Shown here: piece by piece, positions 28,535 through 37,973 of the stretch
Layout of the letters: every line of letters starts with the position of its first letter
Position numbering within the stretch: position 1 is the stretch's first letter
NCBI RefSeq assembly: GCF_024223415.1
Contig: NZ_CP100500.1
DNA: 64,000 nt
Strand: one strand, 5' to 3'
DNA from: Escherichia coli
GTDB lineage: Bacteria; Pseudomonadota; Gammaproteobacteria; Enterobacterales; Enterobacteriaceae
Made by a program: the position numbers and the translations under genes
Notes under the pieces: model-generated
Database searches by the model: none
What the model was told of the DNA's origin: nothing
Seen by the model: the letters and a program-made list of their open reading frames with translations, nothing else

Positions 28535-29644
28535 ATGCTTAAAAGACGTGATGCTTTTTTAAAGAAAAGCGCGCTGGCAGTGAGTGTGGCCCTGCTGCTC
28601 TCATCTCAGGCTTCGGCTCATAAAACAATTACTGATTCAACGGCGGGTATTATCTGGATTGATGGTGGCGGTCAGTCACTTGAAAAAGTAGCTGTGATTG
28701 ACCGTCAACTAAATGATACAGGATATAATTTTGCCGTAGGTAGTGGTGCAGCAATTCTGGATGCGGATAAATCCATGGCAACAGGAAATAATACAGCTGT
28801 TTTTAATGCAGACAACAGTGTCGCTCTGGGGTATGGCTCTCAGGTGAATGGAGAAAGCAATGTACTTTCTGTAGGGGCCGGTCCTTCAGGATATGGATTT
28901 TCAGTTGATGGTGCACCGGAAACCCGCCGGATTATAAATGTTTCAGATGGTGTTAAGGATAGTGATGCGGCCACAAAAGGACAGATGGACAACGCCATTG
29001 CAGATGCTGTACGGGAGTCGGGGGATGCCCTGCGCGGTGAGATAGGAGCTGTCTACCGTGATGCTGTTGCTGATGCTAAGAGTCGAGTGGAATCGGCAGA
29101 AAACAGACTTAACGGTAATATTACAGCTGCCAGGGCTTCTGCGCAGGAATACACGGATGCGGTGAAGTCGGATGTTCTGGACGAGACGCGTACATATACA
29201 GACAGCAGTGTGCGTACTGTCCGTAACGAGGTGAAAAGCCAGGCAGAACATCTCAGCGATGTGCTTGTGAAGAACAGGGCGCAGACGGATGCAGCAATAG
29301 CCTCAAATACAGCAGCGATAAGGAATAACAGTCATCGTCTGGATTTGACGGAAGCCTGGCAGAAGATGGCGACAGAGAGAATGAATAATATGCAGGAGCA
29401 GATTAAAGAGAACCGGAAGGAGTTAAGGGAGAGTGCAGCCCAGAGCGCGGCACTGGCCGGTCTTTTCCAGCCATACAGTGTTGGAAAATTTAACGCGACA
29501 GCAGCCGTTGGTGGTTACCGTGATGAGCAGGCCATTGCGGTGGGCGTGGGCTACCGTTTCACAGAGAATGTGGCAGGAAAAGTTGCAGTTGCTGCAGGTG
29601 GGTCATCCGCATCGTGGAATGCTGGTGTGAATTTTGAGTTCTGA
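28535..29644 (+). CDS. Trimeric autotransporter adhesin, YadA-like (Eib-family-like)
   Basis: Signal peptide, head/neck motifs (INVSDGVKDSDAATKGQMDNAIAD), coiled-coil stalk and C-terminal anchor ending AGVNFEF; SD AGGAGA. Confidence 0.8.
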   Translation: MLKRRDAFLKKSALAVSVALLLSSQASAHKTITDSTAGIIWIDGGGQSLEKVAVIDRQLNDTGYNFAVGSGAAILDADKSMATGNNTAVFNADNSVALGYGSQVNGESNVLSVGAGPSGYGFSVDGAPETRRIINVSDGVKDSDAATKGQMDNAIADAVRESGDALRGEIGAVYRDAVADAKSRVESAENRLNGNITAARASAQEYTDAVKSDVLDETRTYTDSSVRTVRNEVKSQAEHLSDVLVKNRAQTDAAIASNTAAIRNNSHRLDLTEAWQKMATERMNNMQEQIKENRKELRESAAQSAALAGLFQPYSVGKFNATAAVGGYRDEQAIAVGVGYRFTENVAGKVAVAAGGSSASWNAGVNFEF

Positions 29645-29704
29645 CAGGTCAGGATTTAGATATCTGTCCCGGGGGAGTCCCCCGGGATATAATGAGGTAC
29701 AGAG

Positions 29705-30160
29705 ATGCTGGATATAATCCTGGCGACGAGAGATATTTATTTTGAAAAAGCCCTGCGAGAGATATTTGGAACCGTAAGCAGTCGAATCAGATATATAGAA
29801 GATGCCATATCAGACAGAAGAAGGGTGCAGTCAGGCAGGTCATTCAGATATTATTTTGTATTCTGTGATGATGAGTATACAGATATTGTTCGTATTCTTT
29901 TTACCGGAGAGGCCTGCTGTATTCTGAATAAGTCGATGCTGAATCTGAGAGCGGCCGGAGGTGTGTTGACGCTGGAAGAGCGCAGAGCGGTACTGAACCG
30001 GTATTACAGAGGTTTAAGTATTGCGGAGATTACAGAAGAGACGGGGCAGAATGACAAGACGGTATACGGTCATCTTCGTCGTGCACTGCAGCGGTCTGGA
30101 TTCCGGAAGGGGCGTTTTATAAAGGGGAGAGAAGCTGCGGGGGATTCAGGTGTTGAATAA
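29705..30160 (+). CDS. Putative transcriptional regulator with sigma-70 region-4/LuxR-type HTH
   Basis: C-terminal LTLEERRAVLNRYYRGLSIAEITEETGQNDKTVYGHLRRALQR; preceded by palindrome cccgggggagtcccccggg. Confidence 0.6.
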   Translation: MLDIILATRDIYFEKALREIFGTVSSRIRYIEDAISDRRRVQSGRSFRYYFVFCDDEYTDIVRILFTGEACCILNKSMLNLRAAGGVLTLEERRAVLNRYYRGLSIAEITEETGQNDKTVYGHLRRALQRSGFRKGRFIKGREAAGDSGVE

Positions 30161-30543
30161 TGTATCTTATATTGTGATATCGGTGCTGCTGCTGTTATTT
30201 TTTGTTGTATTTGTGACGAATGGTTAAGAATAAAACATGAGCTGGTGATTATCAGGACAGGTTGCTTGTATATGAAGATAACAAAGGCGGCATTTATTTT
30301 TGCGCTGTCAGTGTGGAGTGTTGCTGTGATATGTCTTTTATTATTTGTACTGGTTGTTCTGGGATAGCTATAGTGGAATTATTATTTTTTTAAGACTATG
30401 GTTTATATTTTTATTCGGCAATATTTCTGTAAACAATTAAATATCAGAAAGGCGTGTTGTATGCGTGAACACGCCTGAGTATGTATACAGAGATTGTTAA
30501 TTTGGAGAGAATAATTACAGTTGTTATTTATTTGACGTCCTGA

Positions 30544-30792
30544 TTAGTGAAAAAACCAGTCATCAGCAGTTTCCCAGACTTCCTGCAGCGTTTCCTGTAT
30601 GAACTTCTGAGCGTTTTCTTTATCTACGGCTCTTAAAATGGTCAGTCCGTCATTACTGGCGGATTTTACTATAACCTCCACATCGTCATATCGTTTTCTG
30701 ATACGGCGAGACATTTCCTGTTGTAGAGCAGGTACAGAGCCTTTTGGCATTTTGCTGAATTTTTCTTTAGCGATACAGATCTCAACACGCAT
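30544..30792 (-). CDS. DinI-like protein
   Basis: 82 aa [16 protein letters not shown]...[14 protein letters not shown] resembles DinI; SD GGAGGG. Confidence 0.85.
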   Translation of the reverse strand: MRVEICIAKEKFSKMPKGSVPALQQEMSRRIRKRYDDVEVIVKSASNDGLTILRAVDKENAQKFIQETLQEVWETADDWFFH

Positions 30793-31005
30793 AACCCCCT
30801 CCTGTAACTGTAGTTATGTACAGGTGTTATTTTTAGCTGTGTGGATAACCAGTGTCAATTGGTAATATTGCCTATGGGGCATGTATGGGACACTTTTTAT
30901 CGGCGAAATCCGTCGAAGTTCGTCGACATCGAAAACGAATCATCTGTCCAACCCTTGAAAAATGGCGCTCCTGGACGATCTTCGTCGATTTTTAAAAATG
31001 TTGCG

Positions 31006-31074
31006 TCACGCGCGTAACGTGACAGGATTAATATCACAAAGCAACGCCACTTCACCAATTGTGTAAAGCGCCAT
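31006..31074 (-). pseudogene. mlrA: mlrA (yehV) 5' fragment, truncated after codon 23 by prophage insertion
   Basis: Minus-strand ATG at 31074 encodes MALYTIGEVALLCDINPVTLRA then a stop; this matches the MerR-type MlrA N-terminus as recalled, and the sequence to the left is phage. Confidence 0.7.
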
Positions 31075-31295
31075 CGTCTCACCCTTGCTCGCGAGGTCCC
31101 GGTTTAACTTTAGACGCAGTTTTGCGAACCAGGTAGTTTTGCCCGTTTTTTGTGCATCTATAGGGTGATTTTATTTTTGCCAGGCGATTTTGAGTGATCG
31201 TACTCACGAATTCTCATTTTTCTGCAAGAGTTCAAAGAAAGTTAAACGCAGGCAATGTATGTTACGCGTTTTAAAGGGAAGTGTGGTTTGCGGGT

Positions 31296-32981
31296 ATGTA
31301 CGATTTTAATCTGGTGTTGCTGCTGCTTCAGCAGATGTGCGTTTTTTTAGTCATTGCATGGTTAATGAGTAAAACGCCATTATTCATACCGTTAATGCAG
31401 GTCACGGTTCGTCTGCCGCATAAATTTCTCTGCTACATCGTCTTTTCCATCTTCTGCATCATGGGCACCTGGTTTGGGTTGCACATTGACGATTCTATTG
31501 CCAATACCCGTGCGATAGGCGCGGTAATGGGCGGCTTACTCGGCGGTCCGGTCGTCGGTGGGCTGGTTGGGCTGACCGGCGGCTTACATCGATATTCGAT
31601 GGGGGGCATGACCGCGTTAAGTTGCATGATCTCGACCATCGTTGAAGGATTACTCGGTGGCCTGGTACACAGCATCCTGATCCGCCGCGGGCGCACTGAT
31701 AAAGTCTTTAACCCCATTACCGCCGGTGCCGTCACGTTCGTCGCTGAAATGGTGCAAATGCTGATCATCCTTGCGATCGCCCGACCTTATGAAGATGCGG
31801 TGCGTCTGGTGAGTAATATTGCTGCGCCAATGATGGTCACCAATACCGTCGGCGCGGCGCTGTTTATGCGTATATTGCTCGATAAACGCGCGATGTTTGA
31901 AAAATACACTTCGGCTTTTTCTGCCACTGCGCTGAAAGTGGCAGCCTCGACGGAAGGCATTTTGCGCCAGGGGTTTAACGAAGTGAACAGCATGAAAGTG
32001 GCTCAGGTGCTGTATCAGGAACTGGATATTGGTGCAGTCGCGATTACCGATCGAGAGAAATTGCTGGCCTTTACCGGAATTGGTGACGACCACCATTTAC
32101 CCGGCAAACCGATTTCTTCAACTTATACTTTAAAAGCGATTGAAACCGGTGAAGTGGTCTACGCTGATGGCAACGAAGTACCTTACCGTTGCTCTTTGCA
32201 TCCGCAATGCAAACTGGGGTCGACGCTGGTAATTCCGTTGCGTGGTGAAAATCAGCGGGTGATGGGCACCATCAAATTGTATGAAGCCAAAAACCGTTTA
32301 TTCAGTTCAATCAACCGCACGTTGGGTGAGGGGATTGCGCAATTGCTTTCGGCGCAGATCCTTGCCGGGCAATATGAGCGGCAAAAAGCGATGCTCACCC
32401 AGTCAGAGATCAAACTGCTTCACGCCCAGGTGAATCCCCATTTTTTGTTTAATGCGCTTAACACCATTAAAGCGGTGATCCGCCGCGACAGCGAACAGGC
32501 CAGCCAGCTGGTGCAGTATCTTTCCACTTTTTTCCGCAAAAACTTAAAGCGGCCTTCGGAGTTTGTTACTCTCGCCGACGAAATTGAACATGTGAATGCT
32601 TATCTGCAAATTGAAAAGGCGCGCTTCCAGTCGCGGTTGCAGGTCAACATTGCTATTCCGCAAGAATTATCCCAGCAGCAATTGCCCGCGTTTACCCTGC
32701 AACCGATAGTGGAAAACGCCATTAAACATGGGACATCACAACTGCTGGATACAGGGCGAGTGGCAATCAGCGCCCGACGTGAGGGGCAACATTTGATGCT
32801 GGAGATCGAAGACAATGCCGGTTTGTATCAACCGGTAACCAATGCCAGTGGGCTGGGGATGAATCTGGTGGATAAGCGTTTACGTGAACGGTTTGGCGAT
32901 GACTATGGAATAAGCGTCGCCTGTGAGCCTGATAGTTACACCCGAATAACGTTACGACTACCATGGAGGGACGAGGCATGA
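31296..32981 (+). CDS. btsS: Sensor histidine kinase BtsS (YehU), LytS family
   Basis: 561 aa; 5TM-LytS, GAF and HisKA_3/HATPase domains; followed by a LytTR regulator. Confidence 0.95.
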   Translation: MYDFNLVLLLLQQMCVFLVIAWLMSKTPLFIPLMQVTVRLPHKFLCYIVFSIFCIMGTWFGLHIDDSIANTRAIGAVMGGLLGGPVVGGLVGLTGGLHRYSMGGMTALSCMISTIVEGLLGGLVHSILIRRGRTDKVFNPITAGAVTFVAEMVQMLIILAIARPYEDAVRLVSNIAAPMMVTNTVGAALFMRILLDKRAMFEKYTSAFSATALKVAASTEGILRQGFNEVNSMKVAQVLYQELDIGAVAITDREKLLAFTGIGDDHHLPGKPISSTYTLKAIETGEVVYADGNEVPYRCSLHPQCKLGSTLVIPLRGENQRVMGTIKLYEAKNRLFSSINRTLGEGIAQLLSAQILAGQYERQKAMLTQSEIKLLHAQVNPHFLFNALNTIKAVIRRDSEQASQLVQYLSTFFRKNLKRPSEFVTLADEIEHVNAYLQIEKARFQSRLQVNIAIPQELSQQQLPAFTLQPIVENAIKHGTSQLLDTGRVAISARREGQHLMLEIEDNAGLYQPVTNASGLGMNLVDKRLRERFGDDYGISVACEPDSYTRITLRLPWRDEA

Positions 32982-33697
32982 TTAAAGTCTTAATTGTCGA
33001 TGATGAACCGTTAGCACGGGATAACCTGCGTGTATTTTTGCAGGAGCAGAGCGATATTGAAATCGTTGGAGAGTGTTCAAACGCCGTGGAAGGGATCGGC
33101 GCGGTGCATAAACTGCGCCCGGATGTGCTGTTTCTCGATATCCAGATGCCGCGCATCAGTGGTCTGGAAATGGTGGGGATGCTTGACCCGGAACATCGCC
33201 CGTATATTGTTTTTCTCACTGCGTTTGACGAATACGCAATTAAAGCCTTTGAAGAACATGCCTTTGATTATCTGCTGAAGCCAATTGATGAAGCGCGACT
33301 GGAGAAAACGCTGGCGCGATTGCGTCAGGAGCGCAGCAAGCAGGATGTTTCGCTGTTACCGGAAAATCAACAGGCGCTGAAATTTATCCCTTGTACGGGG
33401 CATAGTCGGATTTATTTGCTGCAAATGAAAGATGTGGCATTTGTCAGCAGTCGGATGAGCGGTGTCTACGTTACCAGCCACGAAGGGAAAGAGGGCTTTA
33501 CCGAATTGACATTACGTACCCTGGAAAGTCGTACACCACTACTGCGCTGCCATCGTCAGTATCTGGTTAACCTCGCGCATTTACAGGAGATTCGTCTGGA
33601 AGATAACGGCCAGGCCGAGTTGATTTTGCGTAATGGCTTAACCGTGCCGGTCAGCCGCCGTTATCTGAAAAGCTTAAAAGAGGCGATTGGCCTGTAA
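32978..33697 (+). CDS. btsR: Response regulator BtsR (YehT), LytTR family
   Basis: 239 aa; receiver domain [18 protein letters not shown] plus LytTR DNA-binding domain. Confidence 0.95.
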   Translation: MIKVLIVDDEPLARDNLRVFLQEQSDIEIVGECSNAVEGIGAVHKLRPDVLFLDIQMPRISGLEMVGMLDPEHRPYIVFLTAFDEYAIKAFEEHAFDYLLKPIDEARLEKTLARLRQERSKQDVSLLPENQQALKFIPCTGHSRIYLLQMKDVAFVSSRMSGVYVTSHEGKEGFTELTLRTLESRTPLLRCHRQYLVNLAHLQEIRLEDNGQAELILRNGLTVPVSRRYLKSLKEAIGL

Positions 33698-33743
33698 AAG
33701 ACTGCTAAAATGGCTTTTTGCCTCATCAACACCTGAAGGCCTC

Positions 33744-34214
33744 ATGCTAAGTAACGATATTCTGCGCAGCGTGCGCTACATTTTGAAAGCCAATAATAAT
33801 GACCTGGTGCGTATTCTGGCGCTGGGTAATGTCGAAGCCACCGCGGAACAGATCGCCGTCTGGCTACGTAAAGAAGACGAAGAGGGTTTTCAGCGTTGTC
33901 CGGACATTGTTTTGTCGTCATTCCTCAATGGCCTGATTTATGAAAAACGCGGCAAGGATGAGTCTGCTCCGGCACTGGAGCCGGAACGTCGCATTAATAA
34001 CAACATCGTGCTGAAAAAATTACGCATCGCGTTTTCGCTGAAAACCGATGACATTCTGGCTATCCTCACCGAACAGCAGTTCCGCGTTTCGATGCCGGAA
34101 ATTACAGCGATGATGCGCGCACCGGATCATAAAAACTTCCGCGAATGCGGCGATCAATTTTTACGTTATTTTCTGCGTGGACTGGCAGCGCGCCAGCATG
34201 TGAAAAAAGGCTAA
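33744..34214 (+). CDS. yehS: YehS (DUF1456)
   Basis: 156 aa; conserved position after btsR. Confidence 0.85.
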   Translation: MLSNDILRSVRYILKANNNDLVRILALGNVEATAEQIAVWLRKEDEEGFQRCPDIVLSSFLNGLIYEKRGKDESAPALEPERRINNNIVLKKLRIAFSLKTDDILAILTEQQFRVSMPEITAMMRAPDHKNFRECGDQFLRYFLRGLAARQHVKKG

Positions 34215-34220
34215 AAAATT

Positions 34221-34247
34221 GGCGGTCATGTTTAGAGCATGACCGCC
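34221..34247. terminator. Bidirectional terminator hairpin between yehS and yehR
   Basis: ggcggtcatg-tttagag-catgaccgcc flanked by A-run and T-run. Confidence 0.55.
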
Positions 34248-34253
34248 AACCGA

Positions 34254-34715
34254 TTATTTCACTTCTTTAAAACCAGCGGCTTTCATCACCAGTTCCATTT
34301 GCGCCATAGTGATACCTTTTTTGGCATCTTCAGCAGAAACGTTGATTCCTGAAATACCCTGCAGGGCTTTAAAATCCACTTTTTCCATATCGATAGTCAC
34401 GTTTTCCTGCGCGTAGGTATCGGTATAGGTTAATTTTTCTTCAACACCCGCGATGTTTTTGTATTTGGCGCTTAACGGCTCAAGTGTCTTGGCAGCATCT
34501 TCTTTGGTGGTTGCACCAATGGAGGCAAATTGAATTTTGGTTTCAGAAGATTGCTTAAGCACCTTGTCACCTTTGTAGACATAGGTAATGGCAATTTCAG
34601 TGCCGTTCAGATTGGCGCTGAATTTCTTCGATTCTTCTTTGTCACCGCAGCCAGCAAGAGAGAAAACCAGAACAGATGCAACAACGAGGGAAAACAGCTT
34701 ATTGAAAGCCTTCAT
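34254..34715 (-). CDS. yehR: Lipoprotein YehR (DUF1307)
   Basis: 153 aa with lipobox LAGC. Confidence 0.85.
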   Translation of the reverse strand: MKAFNKLFSLVVASVLVFSLAGCGDKEESKKFSANLNGTEIAITYVYKGDKVLKQSSETKIQFASIGATTKEDAAKTLEPLSAKYKNIAGVEEKLTYTDTYAQENVTIDMEKVDFKALQGISGINVSAEDAKKGITMAQMELVMKAAGFKEVK

Positions 34716-34839
34716 GTAAAACTCCATTTTATTTAATCAAGGAACTGGTGACTCTCACCAGGGGCTATATAGGATATGCCTAATACCGTGGCGTGAGCAG
34801 TCCGGAACTGGAGTAGAACTCTTAGTAAAAAGCACTATT

Positions 34840-36840
34840 TCATCCTTGTTGCTGAAGCATGGGGAATAATTGTTCGCAAAGCAAAACACCGTTATTCATT
34901 GCTTCTACCCGTGCCTCGCTTTCTGTATTACGAAATTGTCCCAACACATGTGCCAGCCGATAAAAACCCACCGCGGTGAGGTCATTCGCCAGCAACTCTG
35001 CCTGACCAATAGCACTCTGTTCCTGATAGCGCCAGCCGTTATGGAGCAGTTGAATAAGTAACGCCTGGCAGCGTATCAGCAACTGATGAGCAGTAGACGG
35101 CACAGGCAAAACGCTGGCAGAAGGTAGCGGTGCCACAGGCGTAGTTTCTGCGTCCAGCGCCCAGGCACGGGTTTTTGTCATCATCACCCGTGGTTCCAGT
35201 GTCAATTGCCCTTCAACAAAACTGACAAAGCCAGAAACCAGACACACGGGGTCGTCTGTTTGTTGCAAAAGCGCCGCCATGCGTTCAACGGCATAAGGTG
35301 CGCTGGCTGAGGCTGGTAATGATAACGTCAGCACATTATCTTCCCCTTCGCCGCTAATGACCTGCGCATCCAGCGTCTGGCGGCTGCTGTCCCAACCGAG
35401 CGAAATACACTCAGCGACCGGCAGAATAAATAAGTTATCGACCTGATTAAGAGGCCGTATGCAGGCGGGGGGACGCTGGCGTAAATATTCCCGCAAAGCC
35501 ACAATGCCCGGCTGGCGTAACGGCGCGCTCAACATTTGCCAGGCATCAGGCGACAGCGGCACAACGCTGCTTAAGCGGTTGCGGGTAGCTAACAGCAGCT
35601 CGCCATCGGCACTGCGTTTTGCTGCTTGTGAAACAATTTGCCCGCCCGCCAGTGCGCCAGCCTGAAAACTAAACAGCCGACGCGTAGCTGCCGGTGAGTT
35701 TTCCTGTTCACTTCGCGGCCAACTGCGCGAAAGGTGCAAAATACTGCCGGTGTCGGGATCGGTAAACCAGATGCGTAAACCATAATGCTCAATATCCTGC
35801 CAGCAACGCATACCTAAAGACACCAGCCGCAGATGATCAAGCTTTGCTTCTCCGGCAATGCCAGAGCCAACGACCGTGCGCCACGGCACAGGAGGAACTT
35901 CACCAATACTGTCGCGCCGGGCCATCTCTTGTGCGCAATTTAATCGACTGTTTAATGCCGCAAGCTGATGTAAGCATTCTCCGGCATTATAGTGGCTGGC
36001 GCGGGCGTGGAAGGCATCAACGCTGGCGCGCAGTTGCCGTAGCGATTCACTCACCCAGCGCCAGTTGCAGGTCTCTGCCGCCTGCAATGCGCGGTTGAAT
36101 GCTGCCTCGTAATGGATGAGCGGCTGGCTGATGCCGCCAAGCCATAATGTCTGGCTTAATTGCTGAACATATTGACGACACGCGTTGCCTTCTTCGCTGG
36201 CAAACGGATCGTCAGATGATGTGACGTGTTCGCTGCGCATCTGCCAGATTAAATGGTTAAATTCTGCTTGCTGCGCTTTGGCCTCGACGAAGGCCTGTAC
36301 CGCCAGTACGACATGTTCGCAAAGTGTGCCTTCAATACAATCACAACGGGCGAAACGAATACTGCTGCGGGAATAAAAACGCACATCGCTCATCGGTAAG
36401 CGGGCAGAGGGAATTTCACCCGGCGCACAGAACAACTCAATGGTGATGCCTTTAGCGACCAGCGCCTGTGCGCGTTTGCGGGTAGCATCGGGAAGGGTAG
36501 CCAGTTCTTCCAGCCAGATTGCCGGATCCCACTCTTCTTCTTTTTCCGTAGACTGAGTGGTGGCACAAAGTCGTTGATAACTTAACACCAGCATCACGCG
36601 ATGACGGCACATACCGTTGGCCCCGCAACTGCACTGAGCCTCTTTCAGTGCCTGGCCGTTCGCCAGCTGGGTACGGACACCGTCACTGAAGGTGGCGATT
36701 AAAGCGTCGTTCTCATGGCTGATCTCCGGGACGTTGCCATTTTCCAGTTCCTTAAGACTGCGCTTAACAAAACCGGCATTGCTTAACGCCGTCAGGGCCT
36801 GCGGTGTCAGTTCTAATAATTCCGGACGTAGTGAATTCAT
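34840..36840 (-). CDS. yehQ: YehQ (SWIM zinc-finger protein), last gene of yehLMPQ
   Basis: Start overlaps the yehP stop (ATGA); SWIM-like Cys/His motif CSCGANGMCRH. Confidence 0.8.
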   Translation of the reverse strand: MNSLRPELLELTPQALTALSNAGFVKRSLKELENGNVPEISHENDALIATFSDGVRTQLANGQALKEAQCSCGANGMCRHRVMLVLSYQRLCATTQSTEKEEEWDPAIWLEELATLPDATRKRAQALVAKGITIELFCAPGEIPSARLPMSDVRFYSRSSIRFARCDCIEGTLCEHVVLAVQAFVEAKAQQAEFNHLIWQMRSEHVTSSDDPFASEEGNACRQYVQQLSQTLWLGGISQPLIHYEAAFNRALQAAETCNWRWVSESLRQLRASVDAFHARASHYNAGECLHQLAALNSRLNCAQEMARRDSIGEVPPVPWRTVVGSGIAGEAKLDHLRLVSLGMRCWQDIEHYGLRIWFTDPDTGSILHLSRSWPRSEQENSPAATRRLFSFQAGALAGGQIVSQAAKRSADGELLLATRNRLSSVVPLSPDAWQMLSAPLRQPGIVALREYLRQRPPACIRPLNQVDNLFILPVAECISLGWDSSRQTLDAQVISGEGEDNVLTLSLPASASAPYAVERMAALLQQTDDPVCLVSGFVSFVEGQLTLEPRVMMTKTRAWALDAETTPVAPLPSASVLPVPSTAHQLLIRCQALLIQLLHNGWRYQEQSAIGQAELLANDLTAVGFYRLAHVLGQFRNTESEARVEAMNNGVLLCEQLFPMLQQQG

Positions 36841-37973
36841 GACTGAAGATTCTCCGCAAGCCATGATGCCAGCTCGCCCGGCGTCATGGCGGCTATTTGT
36901 GCGCCGACATTAACCAGCGCCTGGGCCGTATCGCGGTCATAGCAAGGTGTTGCGGTGCTATCGAGCGCTGCCAGTCCCAGCACTTTGATGCCGCTCTGGA
37001 CACACTTTTTCACCTGATGCGTCAGTAATGATGATGAACCCCCTTCGTAAAAATCGCTCACGAGGATAATGACGCTTTTCGCTGGTTGTTCAATAAGTTG
37101 CCGACCATACTCCACGGCACTGGCGATATTGGTCCCGCCGCCCAACTGTACTTTCATTAATAACTCTACCGGATCGGCAACGTCTGCCGTGAGATCAACG
37201 ACGCTTGTGTCAAACGCCACCAGATGGGTACGAATGCCGGGTAACTGCCACAAACAGGCCGCCATCACCGCAGAGTGGATCACCGAATCGACCATCGATC
37301 CGCTTTGATCAACCAGTAAGACCAGTTGCCATTGTTCGCTTTGGCGTTTAATGCGGCTGTTAAAGCGGGGGGATTCGATATACAACTTGCCGTGTTGCGG
37401 GTGCCAGTGTTGCAGGTTGGCGCGCAGAGTACTTTTGAAATCAAAGTTTCGCGCCAGTGGAATAAATGAACGGCGACGGCGATCGCGGACACCAGAAAAA
37501 GCCTGACGAACTTCCTTTGCCAGTCGAGCCATAATTTCTTCAACAACCTGGCACACTATCCGGCGGGCGGCAGCCAGTACTTCGGGGTTCATCAGATGTT
37601 TGGTGTGCAAAACAGCGCGTAGCAGGCTTTCAGAAGGCTGCATACGTTCCAGCACGTCGAGATTCGTCACCACATCTTCAATGCCGTAGCGCAGCACGGC
37701 ATCGCTTTCCAGCCGCTCAATCACCTGCTGCGGAAACAGCGTGTGAATACTGTTGATCCACTCAGGGGTGGTGAGATTTGAGCCACCTAATCCACCGGAA
37801 CGTTCACCACGCTGGAGCCGTTCAGGATCGCGCCCATACAGCCACTCCAGCGCGTGGTCTATCTGCCGGGCGTTGTCATCCAGCCCACAAAGCGTCGTTT
37901 CTGCCGCTTCGCCAAGAATTAATCGCCAGCGTTGTAGCTCACGGGTGGTCAGAAGATCGTTCAGTTCAGACAT
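36837..37973 (-). CDS. yehP: YehP (von Willebrand factor A domain protein)
   Basis: 378 aa; VWA motif LLVDQSGSM. Confidence 0.85.
   Translation of the reverse strand: MSELNDLLTTRELQRWRLILGEAAETTLCGLDDNARQIDHALEWLYGRDPERLQRGERSGGLGGSNLTTPEWINSIHTLFPQQVIERLESDAVLRYGIEDVVTNLDVLERMQPSESLLRAVLHTKHLMNPEVLAAARRIVCQVVEEIMARLAKEVRQAFSGVRDRRRRSFIPLARNFDFKSTLRANLQHWHPQHGKLYIESPRFNSRIKRQSEQWQLVLLVDQSGSMVDSVIHSAVMAACLWQLPGIRTHLVAFDTSVVDLTADVADPVELLMKVQLGGGTNIASAVEYGRQLIEQPAKSVIILVSDFYEGGSSSLLTHQVKKCVQSGIKVLGLAALDSTATPCYDRDTAQALVNVGAQIAAMTPGELASWLAENLQS

Larger units (their letters stand above)
1..31005. mobile_element. Lambda-like prophage, late region (partial; left part lies outside the window), right junction inside mlrA
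   Basis: Contiguous lysis, cos, head and tail modules in lambda order; the chromosome resumes at a truncated mlrA start near 31006. Confidence 0.85.

Noticed and set aside
30897-31082. 61-aa minus-strand ORF at the prophage-chromosome junction
   Set aside because: Spans the junction in a frame different from the mlrA remnant; no RBS.
34840-36864. Longer 674-aa form of yehQ starting at 36864
   Set aside because: That start lies inside yehP; the ATG at 36840 overlaps the yehP stop as an operon junction.
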